From assembly GCA_964639595.1 (NCBI GenBank), contig CAZXEC010000001.1, positions 326,903 to 390,902 on the forward strand: a stretch of 64,000 nt of DNA, written 5' to 3'. A model generated the notes under the pieces. The model was not told the origin of the DNA. It saw only the letters and a list, made by a program, of their open reading frames with translations, and ran no database searches. A program made the position numbers and the translations under genes. This DNA is from an uncultured Gammaproteobacteria bacterium (GTDB taxonomy: Bacteria; Patescibacteriota; Microgenomatia; CAZXEC01). Below are positions 20,671 to 30,379 of this stretch, piece by piece (position 1 is the stretch's first letter; the number at the start of each line of letters is the position of its first letter).

Positions 20671-21810
20671 ATGAGGATTGGACTTGTTACCCACAATTAT
20701 CCAAGCGGCTTGCATGACCGCCAAAACGCCGGCATTTTTGTCCATGATTTGGCGCAGGCTTTAAAAAAAGGCGGACATGAAGTATTTGTATTGTGCCCTG
20801 ACAATGGGCGCCAAAAGCAGCCAGATAAAGTGCCGGTGACCTGGTTTTCTTGGAAAGGGCAGAGTAAAAAATTAGGAGATTTATCATTAAAAAATCCCAG
20901 TGACTGGGTTTATTTTTTTGATCTTTTTAGACAGGGGATAAAGAACATGACTCCGTTTATTAAAGATAATAAAATTGATTTTTGTGTAGCGATGTGGGCA
21001 TTCCCGGCCGGAGTTTTTTGCTACTTTGCCAAACGGAAATTAAAAGTGCCATATCTGACTTGGTGTTTGGGTTCAGATATCTATGTCTATGCCAAACTAC
21101 CAATTTTGAAACAGTTGATTGTCAAGATCCTTAAAAGTTCATCAGCGGTTTTTGCCGACGGCATAGATTTGGCCCAAACAACACAAAATTTATTTTCAGG
21201 TGTTTGCCAGTTTGTCCCATCTGCCACCAAATTACCAAACATGCCAGATCACCAAGCCGAATTTAGACATCCAAGCGCTTTGCATCTGATGTTTTTAGGC
21301 AGGATGGAACCTGTTAAAGGACCAGACGTGTTGATAGATGCAGCCTGCCTGATAAAAGATTTAGATTTTGAACTTCATTTGATGGGAGAAGGTGCACTGC
21401 TTGGTGCTCTTGAGCAACAAGTCACAACTTTTGGCCTGGCGGATAAGGTGATTTTCCATGGTAATGTAGCCGATCCTGCCAAAATCGAAGCTTATCTTAG
21501 CTCTGCTGATTGGTTGATAATCCCTTCCCGCTCTGATAGTATTCCTTTAGCCTTTTCCGAGGCTGCCAAAAATGGCACTCCTTTGCTGGTGGCTGCAGTT
21601 GGCGATATGGCCCAGTTAGTTAGACAATACCAAGTTGGTTTGACTTTTGGCAAAGGAGATGTCAAACAGTTAGCCAAACTACTTAGGGATATTATTAAAA
21701 ATAGGGGCAAAAGGGCCATATATGCAGCTAACACTCCCAAAGTATCCCTGTTGTTTAATATTGATACATCAGCCAAAAAATTGGCTGAAGAGGCAGAAAA
21801 ATGGTTATGA
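20671..21810 (+). CDS. Glycosyltransferase family 4/1 (GT-B fold)
   Basis: MRIGLVTHNYP..., and the C-terminal region FLGRMEPVKG...E..AAKNGTPLL. The start is set at the internal ATG just after the upstream stop. Confidence 0.65.
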   Translation: MRIGLVTHNYPSGLHDRQNAGIFVHDLAQALKKGGHEVFVLCPDNGRQKQPDKVPVTWFSWKGQSKKLGDLSLKNPSDWVYFFDLFRQGIKNMTPFIKDNKIDFCVAMWAFPAGVFCYFAKRKLKVPYLTWCLGSDIYVYAKLPILKQLIVKILKSSSAVFADGIDLAQTTQNLFSGVCQFVPSATKLPNMPDHQAEFRHPSALHLMFLGRMEPVKGPDVLIDAACLIKDLDFELHLMGEGALLGALEQQVTTFGLADKVIFHGNVADPAKIEAYLSSADWLIIPSRSDSIPLAFSEAAKNGTPLLVAAVGDMAQLVRQYQVGLTFGKGDVKQLAKLLRDIIKNRGKRAIYAANTPKVSLLFNIDTSAKKLAEEAEKWL

Positions 21811-23228
21811 ATAAAAGAAAAATTATTATTGTCGGGGCCGGTGTAGCTGGAGTGGAGTTGTATGATGAATTAAAAAGGCGGCCATCATTAGGATATGAGG
21901 TGGTTGGTTTTGTTGACGATGATCCCAAAAAACAAGGCAAAAAAATCAAAGGCTTACCACTGCTGGGTAACATCAGACAACTAGCGTCGATTGTTCATCA
22001 ATATAAGATTGAAGAGGTCTTGATTGCCATCCCATCTGCACAGGGGAGCCAAATCAGGGAAATTGTCACCCAGTGTCAAAATGCCCAGGTAATTTTTAGG
22101 ATTGTCCCCAGGATTTTGGAAATCATCCAAGGTAAAGTGCATATTGGGCAAGTCAGGCCGGTCAACGTGGAAGATCTCTTGGGTCGGGCCTTAAGACAGC
22201 ATGAACAAGCCCAAATTGCACCACTGATTAGAGGCAAAACAGTTTTAGTCACCGGCGCTGCCGGCTCAATTGGCTCGGAGCTATGCCGACAAATCCTCCA
22301 GTTTAACCCCAAAAAACTGATCATGGTGGATTGGTGGGAAAATGGTTTGTTTGAACTGGATCGGGAATTTTCCCAGAGCGCTTCTCACATCAGTCGTGAA
22401 TCAATTATCGCCAATATCCAAGACCTGCCGAAAGTTAATTGGATTTTTGGCAAGTTCCGGCCGCAAATTGTTTTTCATGCGGCAGCATTTAAACATGTAC
22501 CTTTGATGGAGCTGCATCCGGAGGAAGCTGTCAAAAACAACATTTGGGGAACCCAAGTTTGTGCACGGATAGCCGGGGAGCATAAAGTTGATAAATTTGT
22601 ATTTATTTCTACTGATAAAGCAGTCAACCCAGAGAGTGTAATGGGGGCAAGCAAATTGTTTGCTGAATTGATAGTAAGAGAATTGGGCCGAAAATATAGC
22701 ACCAAGTATATTACGGTCAGATTTGGCAATGTCCTGGGCAGTTATGGGTCAGTAGTTCCCATTTTTACCAAACAAATTGCCCGGGGCGGCCCTGTGACTG
22801 TAACTAATGCGGATATGGTCAGGTATTTTATGACGATAACCGAAGCAGCGCAATTGGTCTTACAATCAGCCCAACTGGGCAAGGGATCAGAAGTGTTTAT
22901 ACTGGACATGGGCGAGCCGGTCAGAATTTTGGAACTGGCTCGTTTGATGATCAGATTGGCTGGCTTTCAGCCAGATGATGAGATCCCAATAAAAATTATC
23001 GGCCGGCGTCCGGGCGAGAAATTAGTGGAAGAGCTTTTAACCGACCAGGAAAACGCCGCCAAAACCACCAATGACTATATTTTCATCTCCACCAATGGTA
23101 TAAATATTGATGATGGGGTGCTCTGGCACAGCTTTGACCGCTTAAAGAAATTATCTGATGCCCTAAACCGGCCAGGCATTTTAAAAGAACTGGGAGCGAT
23201 CTTGCCGGTGTTTAAGAAAAAACCATGA
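21801..23228 (+). CDS. Nucleotide-sugar 4,6-dehydratase of the PglF/CapD/WbpM family, with no TM segment
   Basis: N-terminal Rossmann-like IIIVGAGVAG, then a second SDR domain with GKTVLVTGAAGSIGSEL and ...STDKAVNP... The 475 aa length matches the soluble portion of PglF-type enzymes. Confidence 0.75.
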   Translation: MVMNKRKIIIVGAGVAGVELYDELKRRPSLGYEVVGFVDDDPKKQGKKIKGLPLLGNIRQLASIVHQYKIEEVLIAIPSAQGSQIREIVTQCQNAQVIFRIVPRILEIIQGKVHIGQVRPVNVEDLLGRALRQHEQAQIAPLIRGKTVLVTGAAGSIGSELCRQILQFNPKKLIMVDWWENGLFELDREFSQSASHISRESIIANIQDLPKVNWIFGKFRPQIVFHAAAFKHVPLMELHPEEAVKNNIWGTQVCARIAGEHKVDKFVFISTDKAVNPESVMGASKLFAELIVRELGRKYSTKYITVRFGNVLGSYGSVVPIFTKQIARGGPVTVTNADMVRYFMTITEAAQLVLQSAQLGKGSEVFILDMGEPVRILELARLMIRLAGFQPDDEIPIKIIGRRPGEKLVEELLTDQENAAKTTNDYIFISTNGINIDDGVLWHSFDRLKKLSDALNRPGILKELGAILPVFKKKP

Positions 23229-24310
23229 CTAAAAATATTCCATTTGCCAAACCGGGTATCACTCAAAAAGAAATCAGTGCAGTGACCCGCGTTCTCAAAG
23301 GCGGTTGGCTGACTATGGCTGATGAGACAGCCACTTTTGAAAAAGAATTTGCCAAATATGTTGGCGCCGGCCATGCCATTGCGGTCAACAGCTGCACCAG
23401 CGGTTTATTTCTGTCGCTTCTATCGCAAGGCGTGGGGCCTGGCGATGAAGTGATTGTGCCATCTTTTACTTTTGCCGCCTGTGCAAATGTAATAGTCCAT
23501 TGCGGGGCAACTCCGGTATTTGTAGATGTCCTGCCCAATGGTTTTACCATTGATCCGGATGATGTAAAGCGCAAGCAAACTAACAGAACTAAAGCAGTGA
23601 TGCCGGTCCATTATGGCGGAAATTGTGCTGCGACAAACTTTGATATTACCACCATTGAAGACAGTGCCCACAAAATTACTAAAAACTATCACTCTAAAAA
23701 CATCGTCTGCTATTCATTTTATGCCACCAAAAATTTAACGACCGGCGAAGGCGGGATGATTACTTGTGAAGATGATCGCGTTGCCGAGTGGCTGACTAAA
23801 GCCAGGCTTCATGGTCTGTCACATGACGCCTGGAAGCGTTATCTGCCGGGCAACAAATGGCATTATGAAGTTGAATTTGCCGGATACAAAACCAATACCA
23901 TTGATATGCTATCTGCCATGGGTCGCGTGCAATTGTCGCGGCTGGATCAGATGGAAGAACAGAGGCGAAACATTGTGACTTATTACAATAAATTACTAGG
24001 CCTCACCAACAAAGGCACCCACCTCTATCCCATTTTAGTAGAAAAAAGGGATGAGTTTATGGATTATATGAAAGACAATGACATTGGCTGTTCTTTCCAT
24101 TTCCTGCCACTGCACCAAACACCGGCCTATAAAGGCTACAAAACTCCCAGCTTGCCTGTAACAGAATTTATAGGCTATAGAGTAGTTACACTACCACTGC
24201 ACTCCACCTTATCTCTCAAGAACATAGAGTATGTCTGCCAAAAAGTATTACAATTTGGTAAATTTCAAAATGACCGATTTAGCTTATCCGTTTTGAGAGC
24301 TAAGCTATGA
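23225..24310 (+). CDS. DegT/DnrJ/EryC1/StrS-family PLP-dependent sugar aminotransferase
   Basis: N-terminal FAKPGITQKE..., with the PLP-lysine in SFYATKNLTTGEGG. Confidence 0.8.
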   Translation: MTKNIPFAKPGITQKEISAVTRVLKGGWLTMADETATFEKEFAKYVGAGHAIAVNSCTSGLFLSLLSQGVGPGDEVIVPSFTFAACANVIVHCGATPVFVDVLPNGFTIDPDDVKRKQTNRTKAVMPVHYGGNCAATNFDITTIEDSAHKITKNYHSKNIVCYSFYATKNLTTGEGGMITCEDDRVAEWLTKARLHGLSHDAWKRYLPGNKWHYEVEFAGYKTNTIDMLSAMGRVQLSRLDQMEEQRRNIVTYYNKLLGLTNKGTHLYPILVEKRDEFMDYMKDNDIGCSFHFLPLHQTPAYKGYKTPSLPVTEFIGYRVVTLPLHSTLSLKNIEYVCQKVLQFGKFQNDRFSLSVLRAKL

Positions 24311-25407
24311 AATACATTCCTGTCGCTGAACCATTCTTAGGTAAGGAAGAAGAGAAGTTGGTTTTAGAGGGTTTAAGGTCAGGTTGGATTTCTTCAATTG
24401 GTAAATATATCCCACAATTTGAGGAAGAATTTGCCAGATATTGTGGCGTTCGCTATGGCGTGACTTGTTCTAATGGAACTACTGCCCTGCATTTGGCTTT
24501 GGTTGCCTGTGATGTTGGACCGGGCGACGAAGTGATTGTGCCGTCGATGACCTTTGTGGCAACTGCCAACGCTGTTGTCTATACCGGAGCAAAACCAGTC
24601 TTGATTGATTCCGAACCAGATACTTGGAATATTGACCCGGAAAAAATTAAAGAGAAAATCACCAGGAGGACCAGAGCTATCATTCCCGTACATCTTTATG
24701 GGCATCCTGCTGATATGGGGCCGATTCTCTCAATTGCCCGGAAATACGGCCTTACGGTAATAGAAGATGCCGCAGAGGCCCACGGTGCCATGTACAAACA
24801 GAAAATGGTGGGATCTTTGAGTGATATGGCTTGCTTTTCCTTCTTCGGTAATAAAATTATCACTACCGGTGAAGGCGGAATGCTCATCACCAATAACAAA
24901 GCTCTGGCAGAAAAAGCCAAAATGCTCCGTGATCACGGTGTTTCCAAAAAAAGACGTTATTATCATCCTCATCTGGGATACAATTACAGAATGACCAATC
25001 TGCAGGCAGCATTGGGTTTGGCGCAGCTGGCAAAAATAGACAAAATTATTGCCGCCAAAAGGCAGCTTGCCCAAAAATACCAACAGTTTTTGTCGCCCGT
25101 TGCCCATAAGCTTGTTTTGCATCCGGAAGCCAAATGGGCTAAGAACGTTTTTTGGATGTACTCTGTCTTAGTTAAGCCAAGAAAGAATATCACCCGTGAT
25201 CGACTAGCCAAATATCTTAAAAGAGCTGGTATAGATTCACGACCATTCTTTTTCCCCATTCATAAACTAGCCAGATATAAGGTTGATGAGAGATTACCGG
25301 TGGCTGATTTTTTAGCAAGTGCTGGTTTAAATTTACCATCCAGTGTTAATCTGACAGAAGAACAAATAAAATACATCAGCCATAAGATTATCCAATTTTT
25401 AGGCTAG
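24307..25407 (+). CDS. DegT/DnrJ/EryC1/StrS-family PLP-dependent sugar aminotransferase (second copy)
   Basis: PLP-lysine in FSFFGNKIITTGEGG; ATGA overlap with the upstream gene. Confidence 0.8.
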   Translation: MKYIPVAEPFLGKEEEKLVLEGLRSGWISSIGKYIPQFEEEFARYCGVRYGVTCSNGTTALHLALVACDVGPGDEVIVPSMTFVATANAVVYTGAKPVLIDSEPDTWNIDPEKIKEKITRRTRAIIPVHLYGHPADMGPILSIARKYGLTVIEDAAEAHGAMYKQKMVGSLSDMACFSFFGNKIITTGEGGMLITNNKALAEKAKMLRDHGVSKKRRYYHPHLGYNYRMTNLQAALGLAQLAKIDKIIAAKRQLAQKYQQFLSPVAHKLVLHPEAKWAKNVFWMYSVLVKPRKNITRDRLAKYLKRAGIDSRPFFFPIHKLARYKVDERLPVADFLASAGLNLPSSVNLTEEQIKYISHKIIQFLG

Positions 25408-25424
25408 CAAAATCATCTTGCTTT

Positions 25425-26615
25425 ATGGACAGTCAGGTTAATGATGATTCTTCCCAAACAGTAAATCCTGCCAAAAAAGTGTTGCTAGTTATACTGGGAA
25501 TTTTACTAGCTGTTGTTATTGGTGAATTATCACTTCGTTTTATATATTTTTTGGCCGATAGGCAAATTCTAGGCTTACATCCACTCAAGAACACTATTGG
25601 CTGGCAAGATGATAAGAGGATTGGCAGAAGACTCCTCCCCAACCAGCAAGGATGGTTCGTCACCCCCACACAGGAATATTATACTTGGGTGACTGTCAAC
25701 TCCCAAGGCTGGAGGGATTCAGAACATCAATTTAATAAAGAGGATAAGGTTTTCAGGATAATACTGATAGGTGATTCTTTTGTGGAAAATTTCCAAGTCC
25801 CCCTAGCAGAGACTTTTTTTAAAATCGTCGAAAAAGAGATTAATTTAGCAAATCCTGGCCCAAAAGTAGAAATTATTGCCTTAGGTTTGGGAGATACAGG
25901 CACAGCCCAACAATTGCAGATTATAGAAAAGTACGCCAGCTTGTATCAGCCTGATTTGGTTGTTCAGCTTTTCTATATGGGCAATGATGTCAAGAATAAT
26001 TCGGCCAAACTGCAAGGCGATCCGCACCGTTTATATTTTAAATTACAAGATGGTCAACTTCAGGTAATACCTTTTACTACCAGGAGTAGTTTACTTCCGC
26101 AACGCCTACTGTCATTTGTCAAAAATAATTCAAATTTGGTTGAGTGGTTGCTTGATCAAAAAGGCCGGATTTTTACCAAGATTGATGCCTATCCTATTGA
26201 TTACCAGGTGTATAGCATAAGCTATTCTGACGAATTTCAGCAAGCCTGGGAAGTAACCAAAGCATTAATTAAAGAAGCCAGAAATCAGGTGGCAAATCAA
26301 GGTGCAGATTATTGGCTGGTGGCAATTCCTGCTCAAGAGCAGGTAGATAGGCAGTTTTGGCAAGACGCCATCTCTTTCTATCCCAAGGTGCAAAAAGCTG
26401 ATTTTGATCTTGCCAAGCCAGATAAAATCTTGAAGGAATTTTGCTCACAGGAAAATCTTAGCTGCTTATTCACAGCTGATATTTTTAAAGAAAAATTTGC
26501 TCAAAATAACCAACGGCTTTTTTACAAGCAAGATGGCCATTGGAACAGTAGCGGCAGCAGACTCATGGCAGATATTTTAATTAGCAATTTGAAAGACTAT
26601 TTCTCCAGCAGATAA
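25425..26615 (+). CDS. Membrane-anchored SGNH/GDSL-family hydrolase (AlgX/AlgJ-like candidate O-acyl esterase or transferase)
   Basis: N-terminal TM helix, GDSF block I (ILIGDSFVEN), and a DxxH block V (QDGHWN) near the C-terminus. Confidence 0.6.
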   Translation: MDSQVNDDSSQTVNPAKKVLLVILGILLAVVIGELSLRFIYFLADRQILGLHPLKNTIGWQDDKRIGRRLLPNQQGWFVTPTQEYYTWVTVNSQGWRDSEHQFNKEDKVFRIILIGDSFVENFQVPLAETFFKIVEKEINLANPGPKVEIIALGLGDTGTAQQLQIIEKYASLYQPDLVVQLFYMGNDVKNNSAKLQGDPHRLYFKLQDGQLQVIPFTTRSSLLPQRLLSFVKNNSNLVEWLLDQKGRIFTKIDAYPIDYQVYSISYSDEFQQAWEVTKALIKEARNQVANQGADYWLVAIPAQEQVDRQFWQDAISFYPKVQKADFDLAKPDKILKEFCSQENLSCLFTADIFKEKFAQNNQRLFYKQDGHWNSSGSRLMADILISNLKDYFSSR

Positions 26616-28303
26616 TTTTCCAAAACTAGCGCATCCAGACGGCTTTTGGTAAAAGTATCAAAAGCTTCACCGTAGGTGTTGACTATCGGCTCGCCTTTAA
26701 GATTGAAGGAAGTATTCAGAAGAACAGGGGTGCCGGTGGCCTGCCCGAACTTATTAACCAGTCTCCAGTAGCAGGGGTTGATATTTTTTTTGATAAATTG
26801 CGGCCTGGCTGTGCCGTCAACATGGGTGATCGCACCCAGCTGGGATCTTTTTTCCGGCTTGACCGGCACTACTGCCAGCATATATTCAACCAGTGATGGG
26901 GGATTTTGGCCTGTTTCAAAATAGTCGTGACCTTTCTCATTGATAACCACTGGCGCAAACGGCCGGAAACCTTCACGAAATTTTATTTTAGAGTTGACCA
27001 GCTCCTTCATTTTTTTGTCGCGAGGATCAGCCAAAATGCTGCGTGCTCCCAGCGCTCTGGGGCCCCATTCAAAACGACCCTTAACCCAACCGACGACCTT
27101 TTTATCAGTCAGCAGGTCAACCAGTCGATCTTCCAAGTTATCATCACTTAAAAATGTAGCTTTAATATTGTTTGAATCAATAAATTTTTTGATGTCTGCC
27201 AAATTGTTTTGTTGTCCCCAATAACAATGGTTTTGGACAAAAACCCTCTTGTGGCCTAGGATGTGATGGTAAACATATAAAGCTGCTCCCAAGGCGCCTC
27301 CTGAATCGCCGGCAGCAGGCTGAATAAAAATGTTGGCAAAACCAGCCTCTTGGAAAATTTTCCAGTTGGCCACCCCATTTAGGGCAACTCCACCAGCATA
27401 GCACAAGTTTTGCTCGCCAGTTTGCTGCTTGACGTATTTGGCAATTGCCAGCAGTTTTTCCTCCAGCACCTTCTGAACACTGGCGGCAATATTGGCATAA
27501 GCGGGAATTATTTGGTCGCTTTTTTCGCTTTGTTGAGGCGGGATGCCCAGTAGTCTGACCAATCTATCACTGAAAGCCAGTTTATCTGATTTGTAGTAAT
27601 CAAAATAAGATAAATCAATCTGGAATGATCCGTCGTTTGTCTGTGTTATTAATTTATTAATTTTATCATAGTATTCAGGCCGACCATAAGGAGCTAGTCC
27701 CATCACTTTATATTCACCTTCATTCACTTCAAATCCCAAATATTGGGTAAAAGCACTGTAAAAAAGTCCCAGAGAGTAAGGGAATTTGATTTCCCAATCC
27801 AGAGATAATTTGTTATCATGCGCCCTGCCAAATGAAGTAGTAGTCCATTCTCCCACGCCGTCGCAGGTTAACAGGGCGGCGCTGTCAAAGCCGGAAGCAT
27901 AATAGGCGCTGGCTGCGTGTGAGAGATGGTGACCGCAAAAAAGAATTTGCTGATCGGATATTTTTAGCTTTTTTATAATTTGTGATTTGATCCAAAGTTT
28001 GTTTTTCAGCCAGGTGGTATAAGTATTGATAAAAGTTTGTCGAGCCGATGGAGCTAGTGCTAAAGCTGATAGTGTAATCCTTTCAAATTTGATAAATGGT
28101 TTCTCGTAAAATACCACCCAATCAATATTTGGAGATGTTATGTTGGCAGTTTTCAAACAAAAGTCAATTGCGCATGAGGGAAAGCCGGAGTCATGTTTTT
28201 TTCTGGTAAATCTTTCTTCTTCAGCAGCTGCCAGCAATTGGCCATCCTTGAGAATGACAGCTGCGGCATCATGGTAATAACAGGAGATTCCTAAAATGGT
28301 CAT
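26597..28303 (-). CDS. Carbamoyltransferase (NodU/CmcH family), canonical
   Basis: ILGISCYYHDAAAVIL N-terminus, GHHLSHAASAY, and the C-terminal LLNTSFNLKGEPIV. Confidence 0.85.
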   Translation of the reverse strand: MTILGISCYYHDAAAVILKDGQLLAAAEEERFTRKKHDSGFPSCAIDFCLKTANITSPNIDWVVFYEKPFIKFERITLSALALAPSARQTFINTYTTWLKNKLWIKSQIIKKLKISDQQILFCGHHLSHAASAYYASGFDSAALLTCDGVGEWTTTSFGRAHDNKLSLDWEIKFPYSLGLFYSAFTQYLGFEVNEGEYKVMGLAPYGRPEYYDKINKLITQTNDGSFQIDLSYFDYYKSDKLAFSDRLVRLLGIPPQQSEKSDQIIPAYANIAASVQKVLEEKLLAIAKYVKQQTGEQNLCYAGGVALNGVANWKIFQEAGFANIFIQPAAGDSGGALGAALYVYHHILGHKRVFVQNHCYWGQQNNLADIKKFIDSNNIKATFLSDDNLEDRLVDLLTDKKVVGWVKGRFEWGPRALGARSILADPRDKKMKELVNSKIKFREGFRPFAPVVINEKGHDYFETGQNPPSLVEYMLAVVPVKPEKRSQLGAITHVDGTARPQFIKKNINPCYWRLVNKFGQATGTPVLLNTSFNLKGEPIVNTYGEAFDTFTKSRLDALVLENYLLEK

Positions 28304-28626
28304 CCTTGCCTTAATGCCTCATCAGCGGAGTCTGCCTTGATAGTAGTTTTTTGCCAAAAAGGAGATTTTTTTTGACAGAAGGGATCTGCCAAAGCTCGAT
28401 AAACGGTTCCAGTTATAGTAAAAAGCGTTAAATAAAAAATAGAAAAGATGATCATTATTTGGATATTCCCAATTACCTCGGCAATTCTTTTCCAGCTGGT
28501 GATAATTTTTTTCATAGCTGTAGTTAGAATAATGGATAGATCAATGGTGCCAAGGGGGACGATCCCACGCTGACCATCAGTAGCCCGATTAAAATCAACA
28601 CGCTCAACAAGGGGATCAGCCACCAT
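28300..28626 (-). CDS. Small hypothetical membrane protein; the start may be the internal Met at 28515
   Basis: One or two hydrophobic helices. The stop overlaps the carbamoyltransferase start as ATGA on the minus strand. No motif support. Confidence 0.3.
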   Translation of the reverse strand: MVADPLVERVDFNRATDGQRGIVPLGTIDLSIILTTAMKKIITSWKRIAEVIGNIQIMIIFSIFYLTLFTITGTVYRALADPFCQKKSPFWQKTTIKADSADEALRQG

Positions 28627-28723
28627 AATTTGCGCCTACACAAAAACTGCAATAATTCTTTTAAAATATTAATATGGGACATGTTAATATACTAGACGCT
28701 TATCTGGTCGCTTGCAACAGTTA

Positions 28724-30328
28724 TTAGTGTATAAATTTATATAGGTATGCTCTCTTATCATCGTTTCTGTAGACTATTTTCATATCAGGATAATCTTTAG
28801 GAGCTAGGTAAAGATTATCCAGCGCGCCAGCTATTTCCCCACGGGCGGCAACCAGATATTGCGCCTGCCAAAGCTGGGCATATTCCACTAGTTGTTCTAA
28901 AGTGGTAACTTGTGGCGTATAAATAACAAAACCCCTGCTATAAAAGACTAAGCCTTCATGGCTGGTCATAATTCTGGCGCCCCTGTCATTATCAAGCAGC
29001 CATTGGTCAATTTCTTGGATAGAGGATGTGTTGGCGGCTGTTTGATTGATAAAGAAAAAACGGTCATTATTAGGAATATAAATGAAACTTAAAGTTAAAA
29101 GTATGGCAAATATTGTTATCAAAAATCTATGCTGGAGTATTTTTAACGCTTTACCAATGCCTATTCCCAAAAATATCAAAAGAAGTGGAAATGACCATGC
29201 GATATACCGTTCTTTAATCCCTGGAGCATAAAAAGTGATTGCTGCAAACATGACCAGGTTGGCAAAAGCCAGTAGTGTCAAAACCGGCCTTCCGGTTTGC
29301 TTTATCACAGTCCATCCCATTCCTAATATAATCAGCAGCATTAAAAATGGTGAAAAATAACCGCTAATTAATTTTATATCCCCTAGAGATCTCTGTTTGG
29401 TACCTTCAAAGAAAAGTTCTCTTTGAATATGCTTTTTAAGTCCCGGATATGCCATGAATTCCGAATTAATATCAAAAGTCCTCAAGCTCCAGGCATCTTG
29501 CGCCCAAGTAGATGTTCCGGTTTTATTAAGATCAAAAGCAGTATAGATATTATAAATTGCCCCGAGTTTGGCTGAACTATAGTTTATCCCAAATCTACCA
29601 AACATGAGCAGGTTATAACTCAAAAAGAGCGGCAAGAACCCAGCTAGAATTGAGATGGCAATCAGGATAAGATGCTTCCGACTGATAAACTTACTGCACA
29701 GGTTGGAGATTAATGAAAAAATAATAAATAAGAAAAAACCTGCCAAAATAAACACCCCTTCATTTTTAGTCAAATACGCCAATGATATGGCTAGTCCTGC
29801 AATTATGGCCCAACAATAACTTTTTTGTGCGATAGCTTGCCAACACAAATAGATTCCCAGCCAGATAAAAAATGCCAAAACAATATCGGATAGGGGTCTG
29901 GATGCAAGGATAACCAGTGGCTTGAAGAAAATAACCAGCAAGCTGGCGATGGTTGCTTCAAGCAGATTACCGACCCTCTGTGCTAGGAGGAAAATTGGTA
30001 TAAATAATAAAGTTCCAAATATTAATGGGACTATCCTGACGCTGACAGCCCAATCATTGATGAATAAATTAGATAATGATATCGCAATCGGGAAAAACGG
30101 CGACCACATGGGATGAAGGATTTTTGTCCAATCTCCTTCTGACAAAAATCTGGCCATGTTCATATATACTGCATCGTCAGAAAATAAGGTGTATGGGTAG
30201 AAGTTGTTAGCAAGGATGCCTGTTATTATAGATGTTGCTGCAAGAGACAAAAATGTCGCTTCAAGCAGGTATTTTGAGAGAAAGGTTTTTTTTGATTTTG
30301 TATAAATGGATAGACTGGACAAGCTCAT
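28724..30328 (-). CDS. GT-C membrane glycosyltransferase, ArnT/PMT-like; paralog of 2933..4588
   Basis: LFSDDAVYMNMA acidic loop, HPMWSPFFP, and more than 10 TM helices. Confidence 0.6.
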   Translation of the reverse strand: MSLSSLSIYTKSKKTFLSKYLLEATFLSLAATSIITGILANNFYPYTLFSDDAVYMNMARFLSEGDWTKILHPMWSPFFPIAISLSNLFINDWAVSVRIVPLIFGTLLFIPIFLLAQRVGNLLEATIASLLVIFFKPLVILASRPLSDIVLAFFIWLGIYLCWQAIAQKSYCWAIIAGLAISLAYLTKNEGVFILAGFFLFIIFSLISNLCSKFISRKHLILIAISILAGFLPLFLSYNLLMFGRFGINYSSAKLGAIYNIYTAFDLNKTGTSTWAQDAWSLRTFDINSEFMAYPGLKKHIQRELFFEGTKQRSLGDIKLISGYFSPFLMLLIILGMGWTVIKQTGRPVLTLLAFANLVMFAAITFYAPGIKERYIAWSFPLLLIFLGIGIGKALKILQHRFLITIFAILLTLSFIYIPNNDRFFFINQTAANTSSIQEIDQWLLDNDRGARIMTSHEGLVFYSRGFVIYTPQVTTLEQLVEYAQLWQAQYLVAARGEIAGALDNLYLAPKDYPDMKIVYRNDDKRAYLYKFIH

Positions 30329-30379
30329 GTATGATTAGGTGGTAACATCAAATGAAAATTCCCTGCCCAGTTTACAACA

